Source: Felis catus
Taxonomy: Eukaryota
Assembly: GCF_018350175.1 (NCBI RefSeq)
Contig: NC_058368.1
Location: 39,062,001 to 39,126,000 of the forward strand
Direction: 5' to 3'
DNA: 64,000 bases
Below the pieces are notes generated by a model. It saw nothing but the letters and a program-made list of their open reading frames with translations. It was not told the DNA's origin and made no database searches. Position 1 is the stretch's first letter, and every line of letters starts with the position of its first letter. Positions 13,291 through 25,572 of the stretch are shown here, piece by piece. Both the position numbers and the translations under genes were made by a program.

Positions 13291-14235
13291 ATCCTAGTTT
13301 TAAACCAGAACTGACTTCTAAGGAAGGCAGATTCTTTTTTAAGAGGAAGAAAAAGAAAATAACCTCAATTTCAGAGCAGTCCGCACCTAGGTAGCAATGA
13401 TTTTGCATATACAAAAGTGATTCTAGGGCACAGTTTTAAAGAAAAGAAATTTTAAAGTGGATAAAGGAAACTCTAGAATTATAGTGAAAACATTAAGTTC
13501 TAAAAGGAGTAATGTGCTCAGTGAATAATCAGGGATCGATATCAGGGTGTCCAAAAAAGTCTCCCAGTGACAGGGATGACAAATATGCAGTTTCACCTTT
13601 GACTGTGCCAGGCAGTAAAATGATGCAACTTTTTATGTCATGATCACAAAACTTTAAAGTTCTATCATACATGACATGCTTGAATTCTTGATTTCTTTAG
13701 GGTAGGGTCAGCATGTGAATGAAATAGTGGAACAATTGAGAACAGCGTTGCCATGAATTTAGAGGCGGGAGAACTTTGGTCCAGAAGTGACTGATTCTGG
13801 CAAGAGCACTGGACTTTCTGCAATGTAGATAATGGGGGCTTCAGTCAATTTTATTTGGATATTAAATAGACAGGAAAATGCATCCTGCTATAGATAACTA
13901 ATAATGTAATATTAAAACTTATGTATTTCTAGCAAACAGACATCTATACAGATGATCACCACAGCAGTGTTTATAATAGGGAACCTTTCCGAATATAACT
14001 TTTGCTCCAAGAAAGGGGATTAGTTAAATGAATTAAGCAGTATATGTGTTAGAATATTATTCAACCACTCAGTCTACATTGAAGATCATTACTTTCATGG
14101 TAAGATTTTTCAGGACAGATTAAAATAAGCACTAATAGTTGCACTTTTGTATGATAGTCACAGAGGGAATGAGTATACAGAGAAAACCTTACTGTCCATA
14201 TGGTTTAGGTATGTTACAAAATTTTTTGTTATTTA

Positions 14236-14613
14236 TAATATCTAATTCTCTTTTCTGTGTGGGTACGTAGAAAGCCACATTTCTTAGCCCTGTTGCAGTT
14301 TGGTAGGGCTGCATGACAAATTCTGGTTAATTGGTTATGAGTGTAAACAACTTCCAGGCCAAAGCATCTAATTTCCTATGTGAGACGTTTTTTCTCTCCT
14401 GGAATAATCATGTAAATTGCCTCTTTAATAAGATGGTGGAATGATAAGACTTTGTCTTTGAAGTGCCTGGAAAAGTTGCTTGGAGTCATAGCCTACTTTG
14501 CATAGTTGAGAAATAAACCCTTGTCTTAATTAATAACTAATTGCCATGTAGTTTTTTGTTGTTGCTGTTTTGTTTTTAAGCCTTAACATAACCATTGCTA
14601 TCCAGAATCATAT
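14236..14613 (+). mobile_element. MaLR LTR (MLT1I/J-like)
   Basis: 'ccacatttcttagccctgttgcagtt...catgacaaattctgg...acttccaggccaaagca...gagaaataaacccttgt'. Confidence 0.65.
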
Positions 14614-14651
14614 ACGGTAGGAACCAACAGTCTGCCTCATGTCCTTCTTTA

Positions 14652-15187
14652 TTTTTTTTTTAGAATTGACTTTTTGATATAATTTACATACAATAAACTA
14701 CATCCATTTAGTGTTCAGTGCATTTGACAGTTGTGTACATCTGTGAAATCACCAGCATGGTAAAAATACAGAACATTTTCATCATACCCCAAACATTCCT
14801 TGTACCCCTTTGATAGTCATCCCTCCTTCTGCCCTAGCCCCAGGCACCAATCTTATTTTTGACACTACACTATTAGTTTGCATTTCCAGAATTTGATATA
14901 AATGCAGTTATTCAGTATGTGATACTCTTTTATGTCTGGCTTCTTTTACTCAAAATGACTTTAAAATTCATCAGTGTTGTTGTCATTGCTCTTTATTGCT
15001 GAATAATATTGTAGTAGTCTTTTATGGATATACCACATTTTGGATATTTGTTCACTTTTTGATGGACATGTGGGTTTTTATTTTGAGGCTATTAAGAATA
15101 AAACTATCAACAATCATGGATAAGCTATCATACAACCCAGCCATTTCACTCCCATATTTAACCCAAGAGTAACGAAAACTTAGGCGT
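14652..15187 (-). mobile_element. L1 (L1MB/MC-like) 3' end with inverted 5' piece
   Basis: Poly-T then reverse-complement L1 3'UTR to ~15120; plus-strand L1 piece 15121-15187; degenerate 16-bp TSD. Confidence 0.85.
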
Positions 15188-15261
15188 CTCTTGTCCCTCT
15201 TTAAGTTTGTACATTGTAGGAATTATATCCAACAAAAGGCTATTTTCAACACTAAGATCAA

Positions 15262-15468
15262 TTTTAATTTTTTTAATGTTTATTTATATTTGATAGAGAC
15301 AGAGCATGAACGGGAGAGGGGCCCAGAGAGGGAGACACAGAATCCGAAGCAGGCTCCAGGCTCTGAGCTGTCAGCACAGAGCCCGATGAGGGGCTTCAAC
15401 TAATGAGCCATGAGAACATGACCTGAGCCGAAGTCGGACTTAGTCCAACTGAGCCACCCAGGTGCCCC
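15262..15468 (-). mobile_element. Felid Can-SINE
   Basis: 'caggctccaggctctgagctgtcag'; TSD cactaagatca at 15250-15260 and 15469-15479. Confidence 0.96.
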
Positions 15469-15892
15469 CACTAAGATCAGTTTTAAAGTTTACCAATACC
15501 TGTATTATTACTCCTAAATTTTCTTGTTCCTTATTTATATATTTTCTTCATGTGTAATACTTCTCACTTTTAATTTTCTGGACTTAGCTCTCTATCTCCC
15601 ATTTGAGCACTGGCTAAACTATTGATTAGTTACATAGATGCAGATCCTAGAGAGACTGCTGTTTATTATAACATTACCTACCTGAACTGGTTTATTTGAA
15701 TACTTACCTGATTATCTTGTTTTCATTGCCTTAGTGCATTTAGTCACAAATTTACCAAAATTGACAAAATAGATTCTATTATAAAATAGAATAAAATAAT
15801 TCCAAAGAAAAAATAAATTGCTATATATTTTGAAGAGATCAGTATCATTTATTTGGAACTGTAACAGAAATTACATGAAAAATATCTGAAGA

Positions 15893-16122
15893 GGGGCGCC
15901 TGGGTGGCTTAGTTGGTTAAGCGTCCCACTTAGGCTCAGGTCAGGATTTCGCAGTCCATGAGTTCAAGCCCCGCATCGGGCTCTGTGCTGACAGCTCAGT
16001 GCCTGGAGCCTGTTTCAGGTTCTGTGTCTCCCTCTCTCTCTACCCTTCCCCAGTTCTTGCTTTGTGTCTCTCTGTCTCAAAAATAAATAAACGTTAAAGA
16101 CATTTTTTTAAATAAAAAAAAA
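15893..16122 (+). mobile_element. Felid Can-SINE
   Basis: GGGGCGCCTGGGTGGC head; TSD-like aaaat(a/t)tctgaaga. Confidence 0.96.
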
Positions 16123-16507
16123 TTTCTGAAGAAATGTTGCATGTTTTGGTTTATGCAGAGACAAATAAGTGCAAATAGATACTCAAAATAATAACTTATT
16201 TCTCAAAGTTTGATTATTGTATGTGTCTATTTATGTCCAAATGCTAGATGTAACAAAAATTTCTTAGCGATGCAAGATGCATCATGAGTTACTTATAGTA
16301 AGTTATATTTTATTCTCCTTAATACTCAGGAGAATAAAGGCAGGTATTTTTTAAAATTCCAAAATATGTTTAGCAGCACATACACTATTTCCTGTATTTA
16401 ATATGTCTCTCAAAAATTGTTTCAATATTAAGCTATTTTTTCTTAATATTCATAAATTAGACCTTTTGAGAACAACATATTAGAAAATTTTAGACAATTT
16501 CCTGTTT

Positions 16508-16754
16508 TTTTGTTTTTTGTTTTTTTTTGTTTTTTTTTAAATTTTTTTCAACGTTTTTTATTTATTTTTGGGACAGAGAGAGACAGAGCATGAACGGGGG
16601 AGGGGCAGAGAGAGAGGGAGACACAGAATCGGAAACAGGCTCCAGGCTCTGAGCCATCAGCCCAGAGCCCGACGCGGGGCTCGAACTCACGGACCACGAG
16701 ATCGTGACCTGGCTGAAGTCGGATGCTTAACCGACTGCGCCACCCAGGCGCCCC
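16508..16754 (-). mobile_element. Very young felid Can-SINE
   Basis: Almost all CpGs intact, long T-tract, perfect 15-bp TSD gacaatttcctgttt at 16493-16507 and 16755-16769. Confidence 0.98.
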
Positions 16755-17344
16755 GACAATTTCCTGTTTGTAAATATTACTTTCTGAGGACTAAATTTTG
16801 TCTTTTTGAGGTCAGTGTGTCTCAGATTAAATATATATATGCATGTTGCCTACATTCTTGCCACAAATTGGAGACCTTGTATTTTTTACATATTTTAATC
16901 ATTTTATTTAAAGAAGTTACTTTATCAAGTGATCATAAACTGGGAATAAGGCACAAGGAGTGCAACTTTATGAAAGCTACTGATTTTATGAACACTTTCA
17001 TTCTGCTCCTTAAAGTCCAACTTTAAGTACAGTTACTTGAAATTCTCTTCCACCTCCTCATTTTTATCAAAATGTTAATTTTCCTCAAAGACTGGTTTTA
17101 ATGCATTCTTTAGCAATTGATATTCTTTTTCCAGCACTGATCAAAGAAAGATGGTATATTTCCTGTTCTGATTTTCACTCAGTGTCACCCTAACACAGAC
17201 TATACTGCTGTAACTTCTCATTCTTTTTCCTACATATTTAATTTTTCCTGAGTATATTTTCACAAACATAGAAGAATGATGTAATAAATCTCTACTGAGG
17301 TTTCCTGTTACAGACCTCATCCTCTTCTAGCTAATACACTAAAT

Positions 17345-17775
17345 CATTTTTAAGTTGAAGTATATTTGATGTATAATATTGCATAAATGTAAGGTGTCCA
17401 ACTTGTTGATTTGGCACATTTATTGATTATAATATGATTACTATAATAATGATAATTAGCACCTTTATCATGTCATAGAAGTATCATTTCTTTTTTTTTT
17501 TTGGTTAAAATAATTTAGTCTCAGTTTGATGATTATAATATCAATGTTTATTATAACTATACAGTGCATAAGACCTCTGTGACATATTTACTACTTAATT
17601 TAAGTTTGTACCCTTAAACAGCATTTCTCCTATCCTTCCACCCCATAGTCCTTCTGGTAACCACTATTTTACTCTTGTCTTCACAAGTTTAACTTTTTAA
17701 AATTCCACATATAAGTGGTATCATACAATATTTATCTTCTCTGTCTGACATATCTCACTTAGCTTGTTGTGTCTC
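17345..17775 (-). mobile_element. L1MA-type 3' end
   Basis: 'ttctggtaaccactattttactc...ttccacatataagtggtatcatacaatatttatctt...cacttagc'. Confidence 0.8.
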
Positions 17776-18066
17776 AGCACCACCTCAGCTCACATTTACT
17801 CTTCAACTGACTTAGGCTTGGTTTAATTCATACCTTTGACCCACAGTGATATGATCATTGCTTTCATTTGCCAAATAACTTTATTGACACTGCATTATTT
17901 TCTAGCTGCTATTTGTCCTAATTTACTGGATCCTCCTCTAGCTCCTTTGAAATGATTCCTGGAGTGAATCATTACATCATCTTGGTTTTCTAAGAATTTT
18001 CTCCATTATTATCAAGCTTTTAAGTTTCTTTAATATACTGAAGTCAACATTAAAAAAATTTTAAAC

Positions 18067-18285
18067 GGCTCCCTAGTGGCTCAGTCAGTTAAGTGTCTGA
18101 CCTCAGCTCAGGTCATGATCTTGCGGTTCCTGAGTTTGAGCCCCATGCCGGGCTCTGTGCTGACAGCTCAGAGCCTGGAACCTGCTTTGGGTTCTGTGTC
18201 TCCCTCTTTCTCTGCCCTTCCCCCACTCATGCACTGTCTCTCTCTCTCTCTCTCTCAAAAATAAGCAAACATTAACATTTTTTTA
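18067..18285 (+). mobile_element. Felid Can-SINE
   Basis: 'gtggctcagtcagttaag...ctgacagctcagagcctgg', (CT)n and tail. Confidence 0.95.
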
Positions 18286-18299
18286 ATGTTTGAGAGCTT

Positions 18300-19080
18300 T
18301 TTTATTTAAATTATGTCTATTTTTTGTCTCATTGCCCCTATTATCTACTAATTTTGTGTTGTTCTTTTTCAACTTTTTCAATTGTACATTTTTCTTCAAT
18401 TTAAATTTTAATTTAAATAATTAATTTAAACATTTAAATAATTAATTTTAGGCACTTTTTTCTAACATAAACATTTATGGAAATAAACTTCCATCCAAAT
18501 GCTGATTTTGCTGCAGCCTACAAGTTTTATATGCAATTTTTAAAATCTTCATTCAGTTTTAAGTATTTTTAAAATTATTGTGATTTGTTTTTGATCCATA
18601 GATATATAAAACTGTATTACTTAGTTTCTAAGTAGATGGGTATTTTAAAAGCTTTTTTTTCTTTTTTAACTGTAATTATATTTTCATCAAATTATGTTTA
18701 GCATAATTATTTTTTAATTTGCTAAGAATTATTCTGTGGACTACAGCTGTGATCAAATTTTATAGTGTGAAATGTATGCTTGAGAAATAGGTATATTCTC
18801 TTGCGGTTGAATAAAAAAATATGTAAGTTTACTTGACAGATTTTATTAGGTGTGTTGTTGAGTGCTTTTCTTGGAGTTTGTTTGCTTGATCTTTAATAAT
18901 CAAGAGAAGTGTGTTAAAATCTCCCATTATGATGCTGTTTTTTAGTTTTCCTCTATTTAATGTTTAGCCTATATATTTTGAGCATATTTTACTATGTTTC
19001 TTTACATTTGGAATTCTAAATTGGTGGAATTTTATCATTTATATTCTTCATAGGTAACCTCTCTATCTTTAGTGATTTTT
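18300..19080 (-). mobile_element. Old L1 ORF2 fragment
   Basis: T-rich; 'gagaagtgtgttaaaatctcccattatgat' is the reverse complement of the L1 endonuclease region. Confidence 0.7.
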
Positions 19081-19227
19081 GGAGACATTCTCACATTCAA
19101 AACTTTATATTACAAATAGTACTATGAAAGAATTGTGGCAAGTAGTACTATGAAAGAATTATTTGTCAGGATTGGAATCTACTAATCTTTGAGTAGTGAA
19201 GTATTAGTACTTAAAACTTAATTTTAG

Positions 19228-20790
19228 GATGGCTTCTGATTCTAGAAAGGTGGAGTAGATCTACTTTTATTCATTATTTCCACTATTTTAAGCTATAAAC
19301 TCTAGACATTATTTATCAAACAAACATACGAAGAAGATTCTTAAAGCTTGACTTGGACATCAGGACACAAGGAATGACATGGTGGAGAGTTAGTTCAGTG
19401 AGTCTTCTTTTTGCTTCATATATCCCGAACTTGGGGCTGTACAAACTGGCAAACAGAACATCATTGAACTGCAGAGGAAAAAAAAAAAAAATCTGCATAT
19501 GCCTCTCCTCTCTTTAAAGGACCAGTTAAAGTACAGCCTAGCAAGATCCACAGTTTTTAGACTATATCACTGTAATTTAGCCAAATACCACAGAAAACTC
19601 ATACACCATTCCTGCCAGTGCCAGATAAAGATGAATGAAGAACCCAGTCTTCCACCATTACAAGCCTATAACAAGATTCCCCAACACCACTGCTGGGCTG
19701 GAGTCAGAGAAGGTCAGATAAGAAGTCAGGACTTTCATTCCTGCTACCAGTAATGAGCCCAACCCACAGATATTAGTCGATAATCTGGACTTCTATGGAC
19801 CCATGGCCATAATGAAGCACCTTTCTCTGTCCACATTATAGTGGTATCATTGGAAGCTAGTAGAGAGTCAAGACTTGTATCATTTTCTCACAGTAAAGCC
19901 ATCAACATCAATCAATAGTATGTTAGTAGAGATTATGTGTGAAACCCACCCAGCAGTAATGAGGTACCAAGGTCACCTCAGATGCCAGTAGAGGCCAAGT
20001 AGGGAACTTAGGTGTATCGGTTTCTTATAGCTGATAAATTACCACAAACGTAGTTAAAACATATAAATTTATAGCGACAATTCTGTAAGGTCAGAGGATG
20101 AAATGGACCTTGTTGGACTAAAATTAAGGTTTTGTCAGGACTGAATTCCTTCTGGAGTCTTTACAGGAGAATCTGTGTCTTTGCCTTCTCAACCTTCTAG
20201 GGTCCAAATGCATTTTTTGGCTCATGGCCCTTTTATCCATCTTCAAATTCAGAAATAAACCACTTGTAGGTCATTGATTCTGATATCCTGTCTCTTTCTT
20301 TGACTTATAAGGACCCTTGTGATTACATGGGCCCACACAGGTAATCCAGGGTAGTCTCTGCATCTCAGGATCTATTAGTAACCTTAATCTTATCTGCAAC
20401 TTTAATCCCCTCTTGCCATCTAACATAATATATTCATAGCTTGCAAATTTTAGAACTTGAGCATCCTCAGGGAGAAGGCATTACTCTTTACCACACTAGA
20501 TTTCTACCTCCACTTGGCAGTAATGAGACAACATCCTTCCCCTGACAGAGTGCTGTCAAAGAAAGACATTGAAAACAGAAGGGTTAAATGAAACCAGACG
20601 TTCATAATATAACCTGTTATTGTACAGGTTTCTATTGAAAATCACTTGTTATACAAAGAACCAGGAATATCTTCAAAGAATGAAAAAATCCAATTAGTGT
20701 ATACCAATATCAAGATTAGAGTTGTTAGAATTATCTGAAAAAGATTTTAAATTAGCCATGAAACTAATGCATTAAATAATTAAAAACCTA
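19228..20790 (+). mobile_element. Old L1 5' region (L1MC/MD-like), interrupted by an MLT1
   Basis: 'ggcttctgattctagaaaggtggagtaga...' start; repeated 'agtaatgag', 'tcaggacttt' units typical of old L1 5' ends. Confidence 0.6.
20013..20495 (-). mobile_element. MaLR LTR (MLT1C/D-like)
   Basis: tgtat...aaattaccacaaac...ggacccttgtgattacatgggcccac...taccaca. Confidence 0.88.
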
Positions 20791-20795
20791 CTCGA

Positions 20796-21048
20796 GGGGC
20801 ATGTAGGTGTCTCATTCAGTTGAACATCTAGATTTCAGCTCAAGTCTTGATCTCACAGTTCATGAGATCAAGCCCCACGTTGGGCTCAGTGCTGATAGTG
20901 CAGAGCCTGCTTGGTATTCTCTCTCTCTCTCTCTCCCTCTCTCTCTCTCTTTCTCTCTTTCTCCTTCTCCCTCTGCCCCTCCCCCACTTGTACTCTTTCT
21001 CTTGCTCTTTCAAAATAAATAAACTTTAAAAATAATAAAAATAAAAAT
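20796..21048 (+). mobile_element. Can-SINE, older
   Basis: Diverged head, long (CT)n, AATAAA tail. Confidence 0.92.
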
Positions 21049-21109
21049 ACTTGAAGCAAATAAGTAAATAGAAAGTGTTCAAATATTTTCTCTATACCTG
21101 CAGGTTGAA

Positions 21110-21860
21110 TTTTCATTTTGTTAATTATTTCTTTTGCTGTTGTAGGAGTTTTTTGCTCTGATGTAATCCCACTTATCCATTTTGCTTTTCTTTCCAGTGT
21201 ATTTAGTGTTATACCAATAAATCATTGCCAAGGCCAATGCTGAGAAACGTCACTGTTTTCTTTTAAGAGTTTTATAGTTTAAGGTCTTACATTTAAATCT
21301 TTAAACCATTTTGAGTTGATTTTTGCATTTGGTAAAAGAGTCCAATTTCATTCTTTTGCATGGGGACATGGAGTTTTCCCAAAACTATATATTGAAGAAA
21401 CTGTCCTTTCCCCATTGTGTATTATGACTTCCTTGTTGACAGTGTATCTGTGGGTTTATTCCTGGTCTCTTTTCTTTTCCTTTGACCTGTTTTTTCATGC
21501 CAGTATCATCTTCTTATGATGACTGTAACTTTAAAATATGTTTTGAAATCAGGAAATGTGATGTCTTGATCATTGTTCTTGTTCAAAGTTAATTGGTCAC
21601 TTGGGGTCTTTCTGGTTTCATGTGAAATATTTTAAAGTCTTTTTTTTGAGGGGTTTTATATTCACAACATTTTTTTTCCCTATGGTGGGAGTCTTTAGTG
21701 TTTTCTACAGATAAGATCATATTATCTGTGAACAGAGATACTTCCTTATTTCTTTCTTTCCTGTCTGGATGCTTTGTAGTTCCTTTTTCTCCCCCATTGG
21801 CTCTGGTTAGGACTTGTAGTACTATACTGCATAGAAGTAGTATGCTGCATAAAAGTGGAT
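21110..21860 (-). mobile_element. L1 ORF2 fragment
   Basis: 'aaatcattgccaaggccaatg', 'ttgaagaaactgtcctttccccattg' are reverse-complement L1 ORF2. Confidence 0.85.
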
Positions 21861-22057
21861 AAAATGATAGATCTTAATTTCTTAAATATATATTTAGATA
21901 AGTATTTGTTAATATGAGAAAAAATAACTAAAAAGACCCACATTAGAGGTATATATAAGTATGTTGGTATAATTACATGATGATATGTAATGATCTACTA
22001 TAAATCATAATCAAAGTTATGTTTCTCTATATAACTTTTTTATAGAAACAAGGTATA

Positions 22058-22212
22058 GAGGCACTTGGGTGGCTCAGTCGACTTCAGCTCAGGTCATGAT
22101 CTCATGGTCCGTGAGTTCAAGCCCTGTGTCAGGCTCTATGCTGACAGCTCAGAGCCTGGAGCTTCTTTGGATTCTGGGTATGTCGCTCTCTCTCTGCCCC
22201 TCCCATGCTCAT

Positions 22213-22259
<47 letters not shown>

Positions 22260-22286
22260 AATAAATTAACGTTAAAACATTTTTTA
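22058..22286 (+). mobile_element. Felid Can-SINE with (CT)n expansion
   Basis: SINE body with a short head deletion; its tail is the target of the next SINE. Confidence 0.95.
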
Positions 22287-22505
22287 GGGGCGCCTGGGTG
22301 GCGCAGTCGGTTAAGTGTCCGACTTCAGCCAGGTCACGATCTCGTGGTCCGTGAGTTCGAGCCCCGCGTCGGGCTCTGGGCTGATGGCTCAGAGCCTGGA
22401 GCCTGTTTCCGATTCTGTGTCTCCCTCTCTCTCTGCCCCTCCCCCGTTCATGCTCTGTCTCTCTCTGTCCCAAAAATAAATAAAAGTTGAAAAAAAAATT
22501 AAAAA
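22287..22505 (+). mobile_element. Very young felid Can-SINE inserted in the tail of the preceding SINE
   Basis: GGGGCGCCTGGGTGGCGCAGTCGG head; TSD aaaacatttttta at 22274-22286 and 22506-22518. Confidence 0.97.
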
Positions 22506-22972
22506 AAAACATTTTTTAAAAGATATACAGTTTATAACTGTGTAGTAATAGATGTTAACTTATTGTAATACTCATTTTACAATATATATGCAGATATTAA
22601 ACCATTATGTTACATCTAAAACTAACAAAATGTTATATGTTATATATATGTTATATGTTATGTTATAACATATATATATCCTATATGTCAATACAAATTT
22701 TTAAGAAAAGATACACCTATGAATGATGTAGTCACATTTTACTAATAGAATGATCAGGTCTCAGAGGAAAAAAAAACATTGGAATTAAATGGACCAAAAT
22801 ATTATTAATATTGATATATTTTATGTAATACCAATATTTATTTCTCTTTTAAATTGATTTATTTAAGTATATTATCTACAAAAAACAATTATTTCAAAAC
22901 TCTAAAATTGTACTTCAAAATTGTATTGCATATGTGTTTTTAAAAATAATTTACAAAATGCTAGGCATTTTA

Positions 22973-23190
22973 TTAAATTTTTTTTTTTAAGTTTTATTTA
23001 TTTTTGAGACAGAGAGAGACAGAGCATGAACGGGGGAGGGGCAGAGAGAGAGGGAGACACAGAATCGGAAGCAGGCTCCAGGCTCTGAGCCATCAGCCCA
23101 GAGCCCGACGCGGGGCTCGAACTCACGGACCGTGAGATCGTGACCTGAGCCGAAGTTGACGCTTAACTGACTGCACCACTCAGGCGCCCC
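22973..23190 (-). mobile_element. Young felid Can-SINE
   Basis: Perfect 16-bp TSD aatgctaggcatttta at 22957-22972 and 23191-23206. Confidence 0.97.
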
Positions 23191-24204
23191 AATGCTAGGC
23201 ATTTTAAATATATTTGGAGACAATATACCATAAGTAACTTCTAAGTAAACTGTGTATTTCATAAAAAAATAAGAAAACCAAATTCAGTTTATTATATTGA
23301 AGTCTACTTCCATGTCTCTTATTTCTTAAAGTTCCTAAATTAACTAGAAGTGATGTAGTATAGCTGTGGGAAATTACAATTGTAAGTTGAAGTAAGTTGA
23401 ATTGTTGCATTTTAATATTCCATCTTGACTGTAGAAGTGGTTGCTCAATAGCCTAGAGTGTTCATAGTATTTGAAATATTGTCAAAGGGCCACAGCCTAA
23501 AAGTAGTAAAAATTCTTCCCAAATATCTATTTTCTATAGGTGCTCTTTGCACATGTATTTTATACTCAAAAGTCATTGGCACTACTAAATATTTCAATAG
23601 AGAAAATAGAATCAATGAGTAGAAGATAAAAAAAATAATGTAAACTTACTGTTCTTCTTCATTGAAAGTACATAAAGCACATGGTGAGAAATTTTTGTAG
23701 TGTTTAAACTAATTTCGCAAATTCACTGGGCAAGCAGTTCTGTGAATTTTAGTTCTCTATTTATTAACTTTAGTGTATAAGATATATTCCACAACTTTCT
23801 TTTCTCTCACAGAAAATAAACTTGAGGATAGAAGAGAGCAATTCAGAAAATGGCATGGATTAAGTCTTTTGATCTCAAACTACTGCCCACTTCTTCACCT
23901 TTTGCATTTAAGTTCTATAAAAATGGCTTTTTCAAGAGAAGAAACTAAGTTGACATCAGGGAATTTCCTGAAGGTAGACATCAGACTCCAAGATAACAAA
24001 ATCCCTATCTAGTTTCTAGGTAGTAGCCAATAGATTTTTGTACCACAAAATGGATATAGCTGTAGGACAACCAATGATAAAAGTTGAGACCAAAAATGTA
24101 CACTAAACACTATTGGGTTTGATGGTTTTTAGATTCTTTGTTTAAATGCTGTTATGTAGTATTTGCCTTCTATGTCTGATGTATTTCATTCATAGAAACA
24201 TTTA

Positions 24205-24606
24205 TCTCAGTTATATTTGGAATCTAAAAGTACCAAACTCATAGAAACAGAGATCAGATTTGTGGTTGCCAGAGGCAAAGGAGTGGGAGGTGGTAGAATT
24301 GAGTATATGTGATCAAAAGGTGAAAACTTACAAATGTAAGATAAATAAATTCTGGGGATGTGATATACAACATGATGAGTACAGTTAAAAGTACTGTATT
24401 GTATATTTGAAAGTGGCTAATAGAGTAGATCTTAAAAATTCTTGTTACAACAAAAATGTAACTATATGAGGTGATGGATGTTAACTAAACTTATTGTGGT
24501 AATCATCTAGCAATATATATACATATCAAATCATTGTGTTGTACATCTTAAACTTATAGAATATGTCAATTATATCTCATTAAAAAATAAAAATAAAAAT
24601 AAAAAT
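24205..24606 (+). mobile_element. L1MA-type 3' end with A tail
   Basis: 'gtggttgccagaggc...ttctggggatgtgatatacaacatg...gaggtgatggatgttaactaa...tcaattatatctca' then (AAAAAT)n. Confidence 0.88.
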
Positions 24607-24653
24607 CTCACTACATGCTATTTGCAGGACACACACAAGAATCAGACACAGAA

Positions 24654-24767
24654 GGGTGCCCGGGTGGCTCAGTTGGTTGTGTCTCTTTGTTTTGTCATGA
24701 CCTCATGGTTTCTCATAATCTCATGGTTTGTGAGTTCTACCCCACATCAGTACAGATCCTGCTTGGG

Positions 24768-24808
<41 letters not shown>

Positions 24809-24890
24809 CTCTCTCTTTCTCTCTTTCTCTCTTTCTGTCTCTGCCCCTCTCCCACTCTCCCTCTCTCTCTTAAAAAAAATTAAAACAAAG
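24654..24890 (+). mobile_element. Can-SINE, diverged and internally deleted
   Basis: gggtgcccgggtggctcag head, long (CT)n; TSD-like agaat(c/t)agaca(c/t)agaa. Confidence 0.88.
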
Positions 24891-24929
24891 AATTAGACAT
24901 AGAAAATTTAAAAATAAAGAAAATACACC

Positions 24930-25519
24930 CATTTATTTATTTATTTATTTATTTATTCATTCATTCATTCATTCATTCATTCATTCATTTATTTAAATTT
25001 ACATCCAAATTACTTAGCATATAGTGGAACAATGATTTCAGGAATAGATTCCTCTTGGGTAATCATGAGTAGTGCCTCTTACCCATTTAGCCTATCACCC
25101 CTCCCCTTTTAAATTTTATTTTAATTTTATTCATTTAAAAATTTTTATTTTCAATTATAATTAACATACAGTGTTATATTAGTTTCAGGTGTTTAATATA
25201 ATGATTCAGTAATGCTGTATATTTCTCAGTGCTCAAAATAAGAGAATCTTAATTTAATTCCCTTTATCTATTTTACTCTTCCCCCTACTAACCTCTCCTC
25301 CAGAAACCAGTTTGTTTTCTGTATTTGAGACCTTTTTTATTGTCTTTTTTTTTCTTCATTGGTTCACTTATTTTGTTTCTTAAATTCCACATATGAATGA
25401 AATCATATGGTATTAGTCTTTCTCACTGACTTGTTTATCTTAGCATTATGCCCTCCAGCTTCATCCTTGTTGTTGCATATATCAAAATTTCATTCTTTTT
25501 TTATACCTAAGTAATATTA

Positions 25520-25572
<53 letters not shown>

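Noticed and set aside
13542..13562. cagggtgtccaaaaaagtc, resembling a Tc1/mariner terminal repeat
   Set aside because: No partner inverted copy or TA target site seen.
16568..17026. Longest ORF in the track (152 aa)
   Set aside because: Its N-terminal part is an antisense Can-SINE translation (same peptide as ORF 22255-22512) running into AT-rich flank, and it starts at a non-ATG codon.
19117..19160. Short spaced direct repeats (tagtactatgaaagaatt x2; also aattaggtatggaca x2 near 8266-8303 and ttggtttatttctaa repeats near 61585-61655)
   Set aside because: Only two or three copies each; slippage-type micro-duplications, not a CRISPR-like array.
22065..22490. 141-aa ORF with an internal repeat
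   Set aside because: Read-through of two tandem SINEs and a (CT)n tract.
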